A DNA stretch of 64,000 bases from an uncultured Chloroflexia bacterium (GTDB taxonomy: Bacteria; Chloroflexota; Limnocylindria; QHBO01), in the NCBI GenBank assembly GCA_963814375.1, contig CAWFCQ010000003.1:32001-96000 (forward strand). The letters run 5' to 3'. A program made the translations under genes and the position numbers. This document shows, piece by piece, positions 55,899-64,000 of this stretch. Under the pieces are notes generated by a model. It searched no databases. It had not been told where the DNA came from and saw only the letters and a program-made list of their open reading frames with translations. Position 1 is the stretch's first letter. Each line of letters starts with the position of its first letter.

Positions 55899-57040
55899 CG
55901 CGCGGCCGGATCGCCCGGCAGGACGATCGGTGGCGCCCCCGCGGTCGCGCTCGCGAGCGGATTCGCGGCCGTGACTGGCGACGCGGCCGCCTGCGTCGGG
56001 TACGGCGCCGGTGCCGGATGCGGGGTCGGTGCAGCTACGGCGGATCCCACGGTCGGCGGCGGCCACGCATTCGAACCGGGAGCCGGAACGGTCGTGAGCA
56101 GCTCGACCAGGACGTCGTCGATGGTGAAGCCCTCGGCGAGCGCCCGGTAGGAGAGCGCGAGGCGCGAGTTGAGGATGTCGTACGCGACGTCGTAGACGTC
56201 CTGCGGCACGGCACGCTCGCGGCCACGCAGCAGCGCCATCGCCCGCGCGCTGCGGACCAGGCCCAGCGACGCTCGTGGGCTCGCGCCGTACTCGAGGAGG
56301 CCCACCAGCTTCGGCAGCCCATGCGCTATGGGGTCGCGGGTCGCGAGCACCAGGCGGATGGCGTAGTCGACCGCCGCCTCGTCGATCGCGACGCGGCGGG
56401 CCGCCATCTGAAGCTCGACCACGTCGGCCGGGTCGAGGAGGCGTGCTGCCTCGGGAGGCTCGTCGGCCATGCGGGCCACGATCGCCCGCTCCTCGGTCGG
56501 GGTCGGATAGTCGACCGGGACGCGCATCAGGAACCGGTCGCGCTGCGCCTCGGCGAGCGGGTAGACGCCCTCCGACTCGACGGGATTCTGGGTGGCCACG
56601 ACCAGGAATGGCCGCGGCATCGCGAAGGTGCGACCGCCGACGGTGACCTGTCGCTCCGCCATCGCCTCGAGCAGCGCCGACTGAACGCGCGCGGGGGCAC
56701 GGTTGATCTCGTCGACCAGGACCACGTTTGCGAGGATCGGCCCGGGCTCGACGTCGAACGCCTCGGCCGATGGGCGGAAGATCCGGGTCCCGACGATGTC
56801 GGACGGGATCAGGTCCGGTGTGAACTGGATGCGATTGAAGGAGCCACCCAGGATCCGCGCCAGGGTCGCCAGCAGCAGCGTCTTGCCGAGGCCGGGCGCG
56901 CCCTCGAGCAGGACGTGACCGTCCGCCAGCACGGCGACGAGAAGCCGATCGACGACTCGATCCTGGCCGACGATGACCCGGCCAAGCTCGTGACGAACCT
57001 GGGCGAGGCGGGTGTTCGTGAGGTCGATGCTCATGGTCAT
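55895..57040 (-). CDS. MoxR-family AAA+ ATPase
   Basis: GHVLLEGAPGLGKT, RIQFTPDL, DEINRA, ATQNP, AQRDRF, GASPR. Confidence 0.95.
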   Translation of the reverse strand: MTMSIDLTNTRLAQVRHELGRVIVGQDRVVDRLLVAVLADGHVLLEGAPGLGKTLLLATLARILGGSFNRIQFTPDLIPSDIVGTRIFRPSAEAFDVEPGPILANVVLVDEINRAPARVQSALLEAMAERQVTVGGRTFAMPRPFLVVATQNPVESEGVYPLAEAQRDRFLMRVPVDYPTPTEERAIVARMADEPPEAARLLDPADVVELQMAARRVAIDEAAVDYAIRLVLATRDPIAHGLPKLVGLLEYGASPRASLGLVRSARAMALLRGRERAVPQDVYDVAYDILNSRLALSYRALAEGFTIDDVLVELLTTVPAPGSNAWPPPTVGSAVAAPTPHPAPAPYPTQAAASPVTAANPLASATAGAPPIVLPGDPAAR

Positions 57041-58347
57041 GCTCCCTGGCCGTCGGTGCCCGCATCCGGGGCGAATGGGTCAAGCGTGCCGCCCGGGCTC
57101 AGCCCCTGGAGAAGCTCGTCCAGGAGCTGGTCCATCAGGCCCTCCAGCGCATCGGCGGTCGGGTCGTCTGAACCGTCCGGCGCGGGTGTCGGCTCCGGGC
57201 TCGGTGTGGCATCAGGGGCCTGCGAATCCGGGGCGATCTCGCCCAGGAACGCGTCGAGCAGCTCGCGAAGCATCCGGTCGGCCAGCTCCGAGCCGGCGTC
57301 GGGAGCTCCCTGCGAGCCGTCAGGCCCGAGCCCGAACAGGTCCTCCAGTCCATCCAGCCCGTCGGGGCCGAGGAACTGGTCGAACAGCCCACCCAGGGGG
57401 TCCATGCTGTCGGCGGGGTTGTTGTCTTCCGGCTTCCACGTGCCGTCCTTGACCTTCTCGAGGATCTGGGCGGCCTGGTCGACCGGCACCGCGAAGCCGA
57501 TGCCGTCGCTCCCGCCGGAGGCGCTCGCGATGGCGGTGTTGATGCCGATCGCCCGGCCTTCCCGGTCGATCAGCGGACCGCCGGAGTTGCCGGAGTTGAT
57601 CGCGGCATCGGTCTGGATCAGGTCGTGCAGCTCGCCCATCGGGGTCGGGACGGTGCGGCCGAGCGCGCTCACGATGCCGGTCGTGACCGTCTGGCTCAGG
57701 CCGAACGGGCTTCCGATGGCGATCGTCATCTCGCCCACCTGCACATCGGCCAGGGCGCCGAGCGCGAGCGGCTCCAGGTCGGCCGCGGCGCTCTCATCGG
57801 CCCGGATGACGGCCGTGTCGATGGTCTTGTCGACCGCGACCACGGTGCCCGAGAGGCTCGTGCCGTCCTGGAGCTTGAGGGTGACCGTCTCCGATGGACC
57901 GACGACGTGCGAGGCGGTGAGGATCAGCCCCCCATCGGCCGCGACGAAGCCGGAGCCGACCGCGCTGCCCGCCTCGATCTGCACGACCGATGGAAGGAGC
58001 CGCGAGGCCGTTTCCGCGAGCGGCTCGTCGCTCGGCGGGAGGAGCGCGCCAGCCTTGTCCGGCCCGGCCGCGCCTCCGGCCGCGGCGGCCAGCAACGCGC
58101 CGAGCTGGTCGCCGGTGGCGAGCAGCCCGGTGCCGACCAGCGCGATGGCGGCGACCAGGATGGCCGTGCCGACCATGAGCCGGCGGCTGGGCCGCCTGGG
58201 TGCTCGGGCAGCGGGCATCGGGGATGCACCGGCGCCGGCTGCCGCTGTGGCGAGCGGTGGGGTGGCGGGCCAAATGAGCGGTGGTGTCGGCGGCAGGTCG
58301 CGCCAGCTGCGGTGCTGGCGATCGTCGCCGGCGAAGGGATCGTCCAC
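57037..58347 (-). CDS. Trypsin-like (HtrA-type) serine protease without PDZ, with an acidic tail
   Basis: TM, GSGF, TASHVV, DTA, IQTDAAINSGNSGGPL; C-terminal D/E/L/G/P-rich tail. Confidence 0.88.
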   Translation of the reverse strand: MDDPFAGDDRQHRSWRDLPPTPPLIWPATPPLATAAAGAGASPMPAARAPRRPSRRLMVGTAILVAAIALVGTGLLATGDQLGALLAAAAGGAAGPDKAGALLPPSDEPLAETASRLLPSVVQIEAGSAVGSGFVAADGGLILTASHVVGPSETVTLKLQDGTSLSGTVVAVDKTIDTAVIRADESAAADLEPLALGALADVQVGEMTIAIGSPFGLSQTVTTGIVSALGRTVPTPMGELHDLIQTDAAINSGNSGGPLIDREGRAIGINTAIASASGGSDGIGFAVPVDQAAQILEKVKDGTWKPEDNNPADSMDPLGGLFDQFLGPDGLDGLEDLFGLGPDGSQGAPDAGSELADRMLRELLDAFLGEIAPDSQAPDATPSPEPTPAPDGSDDPTADALEGLMDQLLDELLQGLSPGGTLDPFAPDAGTDGQGA

Positions 58348-58481
58348 GAGAGCGGGCCTCCGGATCGGTACGGTCGAATGCAGGGTCGGACCGATGCCGG
58401 TCCAACCAGTGATTCCGGAGGCTAGGGAACCGCCGATAACGTGGGCGTTCGGACGGTATAAGGGCGACCTAAAGGATCAGG

Positions 58482-59750
58482 TCAGGAAGCAGCGTCCACC
58501 GTCCACAGCGGATCGGCCATCGCCCGGAGCTCGGCCACCGGGACCGCCTTCGAATCCGCCGACCGGTCCGGCAGCCACACGACGAAGCTGGCGCCGTGCC
58601 CGGGCACCGAGGCGACGCTGACGGTGCCGCCGTGTGCCTCCGCGATCTGGCGAACGAGCGCCAGCCCAAGGCCCTGTCCCTCACCCTCCGTCGTCGGAGC
58701 CCCGTCGCGCCAGGCGCGGCGGAAGACGAGGGCCTGATCGTCAGGCGCGATGCCGCGTCCCAGGTCGCGGACCCCGAACCATAGCCAGCCATCGGCGCGT
58801 CCGGCGCGGCAGTGGACCACCGAGCCGGGGGGAGCCACCCGGAGCGCATTCGAGACGAGGTTCGCCTGAGCGCGTTTCAGCGCGGTCCGGTCTCCGTCAA
58901 CGACCAACCCTGGGGGAGCGAGCCGCGCCAGCCTGATGCCCCGGGTCGAGGCCTCGGCCTCGTACTCCTGGGCGACCTCGGCCACCACCTCGGCCAGGTT
59001 GCAGGAGGTGCGTCGCTCGGGCTGGACGCTGGTTCGAGCCAGCGCCATCAGCTCGTCGACCGTGGTCGACATCCGGTCGGCGGTGCGGCGAGCGGTTTCG
59101 GCGGCGCGGCGCAGGCCCTCGGCGTCCCCGGGCTCCGAGAGCGCGACATCGAGGGTCGTGCGGATGACCGCCAGCGGGTTTCGCAGCTCGTGCGAGGCGT
59201 CCTCGACGAAGCGCCGCTGGGTCCGCACACCCTGGTCGAGCCGGTCGAGCATCGCGTCGAAGGTGTCGGCCAGATCGCGCATCTCGTCAGGTGGACCGCC
59301 GAGATGGATCCGTCGCGACAGGTCGGTGGCCTCGATCTCGCGCGCCACTCCGGCGATGGTGGCGACGGGCCGCACGACGCGGCCGGCGACCGCCCAACCG
59401 ATGCCGAGGCCAACCGGCACCAGCACGAGGAGCGCCACGAGCGACAGGTTGCGTACCGTCTGGAGCGTCTGCTCTCGGATGGCCTGCTCCACCTGGAGGA
59501 GCGCATCGGTCCCGGATTCGCCGCTTCCGTCGAGCTCGGCGAGGCTCATGTCGAGGATCCGCAGCAGCTCCCCCTCGAGGGTGGTCGGCTGCTGCTCGGG
59601 GATCGTCGCGACCACCGTGTCGAGGGCCAGGTTCACGCCCACCACGAGCACCCCCGCCGTCGCGAGCAGGGCAGCGGTCACCATGAGCGCGAGCCGGAAG
59701 CGGACCGACCGAACCGATGCGGTCAGGCGCCGCAGTGGCGATCGAGTCAT
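58482..59750 (-). CDS. HAMP sensor histidine kinase
   Basis: 2 TM, HAMP, SHELRNP, NAL, DLGRGI, GQGLGL. Confidence 0.92.
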   Translation of the reverse strand: MTRSPLRRLTASVRSVRFRLALMVTAALLATAGVLVVGVNLALDTVVATIPEQQPTTLEGELLRILDMSLAELDGSGESGTDALLQVEQAIREQTLQTVRNLSLVALLVLVPVGLGIGWAVAGRVVRPVATIAGVAREIEATDLSRRIHLGGPPDEMRDLADTFDAMLDRLDQGVRTQRRFVEDASHELRNPLAVIRTTLDVALSEPGDAEGLRRAAETARRTADRMSTTVDELMALARTSVQPERRTSCNLAEVVAEVAQEYEAEASTRGIRLARLAPPGLVVDGDRTALKRAQANLVSNALRVAPPGSVVHCRAGRADGWLWFGVRDLGRGIAPDDQALVFRRAWRDGAPTTEGEGQGLGLALVRQIAEAHGGTVSVASVPGHGASFVVWLPDRSADSKAVPVAELRAMADPLWTVDAAS

Positions 59751-60442
59751 GCGACGGCCTCCGCCAAGCGATACCCCACGCCCACGACCGTCTCGATGGG
59801 CTGACCGGAGCCGGCTTCGGCGAGCTTGCGGCGCAGGTTGCTGACCGTGACGCGGACCGTGTTCGTGAACGGGTCGGCGCGGTCGTCCCACACGTGCTCG
59901 AGCAGGCGCTCCGGTGTCAGGACCTCGCTCGGATGAAGCATGAAGTATCGGAGGAGCGCGAACTCCTTCGGCGTCAGGTCGAGCCGTTGGTCGTTGCGGT
60001 GGGCCTCGTGCCGCGCGGCGTCGAGCCCAAGGCTCCCCAGCCGGATCGTCGCTCCACCGTTGATCGTCGGGCGGCGGGCGAGGGCGCGAACCCGCGCTGC
60101 GAGCTCGGCGAAGCTGAACGGCTTGACGAGGTAGTCATCGGCACCGTCGTCCAGGCCTCCGACCCGATCGTCGAGACCGTCACGGGCGGTCAGCATCAGG
60201 ACGCGCGGCGGCGTGGCGCCGGGCAGCCCCAGCTCGCCGGCGCGAAGCTTGCGGCAGATCTCGCGACCGTCGGCGTCTGGCAGCCCGAGGTCCAGGCACA
60301 CCACATCGTACGCAGCGTCGTCGAGGCGCTCGCGTGCCTCGGCGCCGGTCGCGGCGGTGTCGACGGCATAGCCTTCGCGGCGCAACCCGGTGGCCAGGGC
60401 AGTGGCGAGGTCGAGCTCGTCCTCGACGATGAGCAGTCGCAC
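59747..60442 (-). CDS. OmpR-family response regulator
   Basis: VEDE, LDLGLP, GADDYLVKPF, TVVGVGY. Confidence 0.94.
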   Translation of the reverse strand: MRLLIVEDELDLATALATGLRREGYAVDTAATGAEARERLDDAAYDVVCLDLGLPDADGREICRKLRAGELGLPGATPPRVLMLTARDGLDDRVGGLDDGADDYLVKPFSFAELAARVRALARRPTINGGATIRLGSLGLDAARHEAHRNDQRLDLTPKEFALLRYFMLHPSEVLTPERLLEHVWDDRADPFTNTVRVTVSNLRRKLAEAGSGQPIETVVGVGYRLAEAVA

Positions 60443-60506
60443 GGCGGCGCAGCATAGCGCGGTCTCGCGAAATCGTCCCATTCGCCGATCCGCTAGGCTC
60501 CGCGCC

Positions 60507-61340
60507 ATGAGCGGTGATCCAATCAGCCTGCGCGAGGCGTGGCTCGATCTCGACGGCCGGCGCCTCCTGTACCGGACGAACGCCGAGCCGATGCCTCCGG
60601 CGGACGCGCCCGCCCTCATTCACGTCCATGGCTTCGCCATCTCGGGCCGATATCTCATGCCGACGGCATGGCGGCTGGCAGGCGACTACCGGACCTACGT
60701 CCCCGACCTGCCGGGCTTCGGTCGCAGCGAGCGCCCGCCGCGGCCCTACGACATTCCGCAGCTGGCCGACGCCCTGGCGCGCTTCATGGACGAGGTCGGC
60801 ATCGAGCGTGCGACGCTGCTCGGGAACTCGCTGGGCTGCCCCATCATCGGCGAGTTCATCGACCACTACCCGGACCGCGCCGAGCGGGCCATCTTCGTCT
60901 CACCCGCAGGTGGGCTCTACAACCAGCCGCTTCCGAAGGGACTCTCGCAGCTCATCGTGGACACCCTGCGAGAGCCGCCCGGCATGGGCAAGTTCGTCAT
61001 CACGGACTATCTCGCCTATGGCCCGGTCGCCGTGTTCAACCTCATCCGCTCGATGCTTGCCTATCCGACGACCGAGCGGATCGCTGAGCTCCTGCTGCCG
61101 ACGCTCGTCGTCCTGGGCAGTCGCGATCCGTTCGTCAACGAACGGTGGGTCAAGCGTCGAGCAGCCGGCCTGCCCCACGTCACGGGAGTGACCATCAAGG
61201 GCGCCGCCCACGCGATCAACTACTCGCATCCCGAGCAGCTGTCCAATGTCGTCCGCAGCTGGATGGCCGATCAGCCGATCGTGGACGACCCGACGCTACC
61301 GGGACGGGCACGCGTCTTTCTGAAGCCCGCCGAGGGATAG
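60507..61340 (+). CDS. Alpha/beta fold hydrolase
   Basis: HGF, DLPGFGRS, GNSLG, GSRD, AAH. Confidence 0.9.
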   Translation: MSGDPISLREAWLDLDGRRLLYRTNAEPMPPADAPALIHVHGFAISGRYLMPTAWRLAGDYRTYVPDLPGFGRSERPPRPYDIPQLADALARFMDEVGIERATLLGNSLGCPIIGEFIDHYPDRAERAIFVSPAGGLYNQPLPKGLSQLIVDTLREPPGMGKFVITDYLAYGPVAVFNLIRSMLAYPTTERIAELLLPTLVVLGSRDPFVNERWVKRRAAGLPHVTGVTIKGAAHAINYSHPEQLSNVVRSWMADQPIVDDPTLPGRARVFLKPAEG

Positions 61341-61386
61341 CCGTGGCCGAGCGGGGGCTGCGTGCGCCTGCATCGGCGAGAGCGCC

Positions 61387-62103
61387 GTGAGCCCGCGCCG
61401 GCACGGTCCGGTCGTGGTTTCGCAGGCCGGCATGGACGGTCCGCCGCTCGTTCTGCTCCATGGGCTCGCCGGCTCGGCCGCCTGGTGGAAGCGCAACCTG
61501 CCCGCGCTGTCCGAGTCATTCCGGGTCACGACCATCGACCTGCCGGGATTCGGCTCCAGCCATCCTGACGCGCGGCTCATCCTCGACGAGGTGCCCGCCC
61601 AGCTGGCCGCGCTGCTTGGCGAGCTGGGCATCGAGCGTGCCCACGTCATGGGCCATTCGATGGGCGGCCTGGTGGCCGGAGGGCTCGCCGCCGACCACCC
61701 CGAGCGCGTCGATCGGCTCGTGCTGGTGGACGCCGGGTTCCTGTCGTTCGACCCCCACCTGCGACACCGGGTCACCGGTCTGCTGCGGACGCTGCCCTTC
61801 ACTTCTCCGACGATTCTCCCGACCCTCCTGCGCGACCTGGCTCGCTCGGGCCCCGTTCGGATGGCCGGTGCCACCGCCGAGATCCTGCGCAAGGACTGGC
61901 GTCACAAGCTGCCGGCCATCACGGCGCCGACGCTCGTCGTCTGGGGTGAGCACGATCGCGTCTGCAGCCCGCGCATCGGTGAGCAGATCGCGGCCACCGT
62001 GCCCGGCGCGCGGCTGGTGGTCATCCGCGGGGCGGCCCACAACCCGATGTGGGAGAAGCAGCCCGCCTTCGACCGCGAGGTGCTCGACTTCCTGCGCAGC
62101 TAG
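61387..62103 (+). CDS. Alpha/beta fold hydrolase
   Basis: LLHGL, DLPGFG, GHSMGG, WGEHD, AAH. Confidence 0.9.
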   Translation: MSPRRHGPVVVSQAGMDGPPLVLLHGLAGSAAWWKRNLPALSESFRVTTIDLPGFGSSHPDARLILDEVPAQLAALLGELGIERAHVMGHSMGGLVAGGLAADHPERVDRLVLVDAGFLSFDPHLRHRVTGLLRTLPFTSPTILPTLLRDLARSGPVRMAGATAEILRKDWRHKLPAITAPTLVVWGEHDRVCSPRIGEQIAATVPGARLVVIRGAAHNPMWEKQPAFDREVLDFLRS

Positions 62104-62127
62104 CTGAGCGGTCGATCGCCGTGAGAG

Positions 62128-62202
62128 TGGAGCCGAAGGTGGGATTCGAACCCACGACCGACGGTTTACGAAACCGTTGCTCTACCCCTGAGCTACTTCG
62201 GC
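62128..62202 (-). tRNA. tRNA-Thr(CGT)
   Basis: GCCGAAGTAGCTCAGGGGTAGAGC-AACGGT-TTCGTAA-ACCGT...GGTTCGAATCCCACCTTCGGCTCCA. Confidence 0.97.
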
Positions 62203-62256
62203 AGCCGTGCCGCCCGAGTCTAGGGGATCGGCCAAAAGGCGTCGAACGCTCCGGAC

Positions 62257-62352
62257 TCAGCCTCCGACGAGCGGCTCCCCACAGTTGGGGCAGACCGTGT
62301 CGCTGTCGGCGACGGGCTCGCCGCAGCTGGGGCAGGTGCTCTGCTCGTCCAT
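62257..62352 (-). CDS. 31-aa zinc-ribbon micro-protein
   Basis: MDEQSTCPSCGEPVADSDTVCPNCGEPLVGG; TGATG coupling to the upstream gene. Confidence 0.7.
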   Translation of the reverse strand: MDEQSTCPSCGEPVADSDTVCPNCGEPLVGG

Positions 62353-62696
62353 CAGCTGCCGACGGTCGGCTCGCGCCGCCGATCGGCCATGAAGCCGCCG
62401 ATTCCAGCGCCAAGCATCAGCGGCACGGTGCCAATCAGCAGGACCACGAAGAGGCCAGCGCCGACCAGAGCACCGATGATCGGCAGGGCGACGACGGTGC
62501 CCAGCAGCAGGATGAGCCCTGCGACGAGCAGTGAGGGGATGATCGCTGCGATGAGTGCGCTGCTGACCTCCCCGGCCTGCAGGCCGCCGACAAAACCGGC
62601 GATGGCAGGTCCGATGAACGGGATCCAACTGAGAAGGAGGGCGAGGATGAACATCCAGAGCCAGGCGGGCCAGATGCCGCGATTCGAGCCAAACAT
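62352..62696 (-). CDS. Small membrane protein (DUF5518-like)
   Basis: IPFIGPAIAGFVGG...GAGIGG; GGAGG SD. Confidence 0.75.
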   Translation of the reverse strand: MFGSNRGIWPAWLWMFILALLLSWIPFIGPAIAGFVGGLQAGEVSSALIAAIIPSLLVAGLILLLGTVVALPIIGALVGAGLFVVLLIGTVPLMLGAGIGGFMADRRREPTVGS

Positions 62697-62738
62697 GCCG
62701 CCTCCTCTCGCATGAGCCGTGCCACAGACGAGCCCTTC

Positions 62739-63548
62739 CTACTCCGGCGCCGGGCCGCCGTGGATGAGCTCATCGTGGTAGCGCGGCGGGCCATCCGCAG
62801 CTGAACCTTTGGGCACCGGGGCCATCGGCGCCTTGCCCTTGGCGGCGAGGACGAAGTAGGCGCAGACATCGGTCAGGGGACAGAGGCCGCAGATCGGTCG
62901 CGGGGCGCGGCAGGTGTGGCGCCCGTGACGGATCGTCTCGACGTGGAACGGGTACATCTCGTCCGGCTCGAGCACCTCCTCGAGCAGGTCGTGGGCCTTC
63001 GGCAGCGGGGTGCGTGGCGGGAGCATCCCGAGCCGGGTCGTGACGCGATGGACGTGGGTGTCGACCGGCATCTGCGGTCGCCCGAAGCCGAACAGCAGGA
63101 TGATGGCGGCCGTCTTGCGGCCGATGCCGGTGAGTGACGTGAGCCACTCGCGCGCGTCGCTGAGCGGCCACGTCCCCAGGAAACCCAGGTCCCAGGTGCC
63201 GTCCGTGGCGGCATGGACCTCGGCCAGGATGTGCTGGATGCGGCGCGACTTCGTCGGCGCCAGCCCGCCGGGTCGGATCACGTCCTCCAGCTCGTCCGTC
63301 GGCGCGGCGAGCACCGCGTCCCAGTCGGCGTAGCGCTCGCGGAGCGCGGTGAAGGCGCGGAACGAGTTCACGTCGGCGGTGTTCTGGCTCAGGATCGTGA
63401 GCACCAGCTCGCTGACGGTGTCCACGCGCGGGCCGGCCCAGGTCGGATGGTCGTACCGCTCGCCGAGCCGCTCGAGCACCACGTCCGCCAGCCTGCGCCT
63501 CTTGCGGCGGTCGGCCGCTCGCTTCTGCGGGCTCGGACCTTTTGCCAT
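62739..63548 (-). CDS. nth: Endonuclease III family HhH-GPD glycosylase with 4Fe-4S cluster
   Basis: TILSQNT, LTGIGRKTA, PVDTHV, CRAPRPICGLCPLTDVC. Confidence 0.9.
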   Translation of the reverse strand: MAKGPSPQKRAADRRKRRRLADVVLERLGERYDHPTWAGPRVDTVSELVLTILSQNTADVNSFRAFTALRERYADWDAVLAAPTDELEDVIRPGGLAPTKSRRIQHILAEVHAATDGTWDLGFLGTWPLSDAREWLTSLTGIGRKTAAIILLFGFGRPQMPVDTHVHRVTTRLGMLPPRTPLPKAHDLLEEVLEPDEMYPFHVETIRHGRHTCRAPRPICGLCPLTDVCAYFVLAAKGKAPMAPVPKGSAADGPPRYHDELIHGGPAPE

Positions 63549-63562
63549 GGGCCGATGCGCGC

Positions 63563-64000
63563 CTAGGGGCGCGCCAGCTCCCAGCCGATGCCGATGCTGC
63601 GCGCCAGCCGCGCCGACGCGGCCTCGAGAAGTCGCGGGGTCTCGGCCATCGCCTCCGACAATGCCATGGGCCGGTCGACGATCGGCTGCACCACGCTCAG
63701 CGCCGTCGCCACGTCGAGGGCCTCGGCGCCGGGACCGAGCCCACCGCACAGCAGCGCGACCGGCGTGCTACGCGGCCGGGCGAGCGTCGCGACGCCGATC
63801 GCCGTCTTGCCCTGGAGCGTCTGCTCGTCGGCGCGGCCCTCTCCGGTGATGACGAGGTCGGCCGCATCGAGCGCCTCCGCCAGGTGGACCAGCTCGGCGA
63901 CGACCTCGACGCCCGGCCTCAGCGTGGCGGACGTGAAGCCGAGCAGGCCGGCGGTGGTCCCGCCCGCCGCGCCCGCGCCGGGAAGATCGGCGACGAGCCG
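63563..64000 (-). CDS. Glycerate kinase, C-terminal part (start lies beyond the window)
   Basis: Not in the ORF track. Manual translation gives PGAGAAGG...LRPGVEVV...ADLVITGEGRADEQTLQGK. Confidence 0.9.
   Translation of the reverse strand, partial: RLVADLPGAGAAGGTTAGLLGFTSATLRPGVEVVAELVHLAEALDAADLVITGEGRADEQTLQGKTAIGVATLARPRSTPVALLCGGLGPGAEALDVATALSVVQPIVDRPMALSEAMAETPRLLEAASARLARSIGIGWELARP

Noticed and set aside
55727-58621. 964-aa plus-strand ORF
   Set aside because: Antisense shadow of moxR and the protease; Arg/Ala/Ser-rich composition with no motifs.
36582-62202. Genomic island bounded by the two tRNAs
   Set aside because: The interval holds core genes (galU, fol genes, rplY); there is no integrase or att duplication.

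Overview
High-GC bacterial chromosomal window, densely coding. The gene content suggests Chloroflexota (possibly Limnocylindria/Ellin6529-like), which is inference only. It carries about 70 CDS, tRNA-Glu(TTC), tRNA-Thr(CGT) and a TPP riboswitch. No integrase, transposase, prophage or CRISPR-Cas was seen. Main blocks: (1) a split b6-type Rieske/cytochrome b operon headed by a GltD/DsrL-like NAD(P)H flavin-FeS protein; (2) a TPP-riboswitch thiN + ECF transporter operon continuing into a nucleophile-less alpha/beta hydrolase, Bcp and three micro membrane proteins; (3) an HTH-4xGAF-GGDEF-degenerate HD-GYP protein; (4) an NHEJ-like locus in which Ku is followed by an apparently catalytically dead ligase-fold protein, with a degenerate NERD protein and an intact ATP-dependent ligase nearby; (5) galU-pknB-trxA-Cys-rich protein-folC-folP-folB; (6) two RR-HK-serine protease modules, one linked to MoxR-DUF58-VWA. 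A cluster of ~64-bp palindromic elements lies upstream of a GbsR/MarR regulator. Three genes show frameshifts at short homopolymers, probably sequencing errors. All family calls come from motif recognition by eye; no database searches were run.
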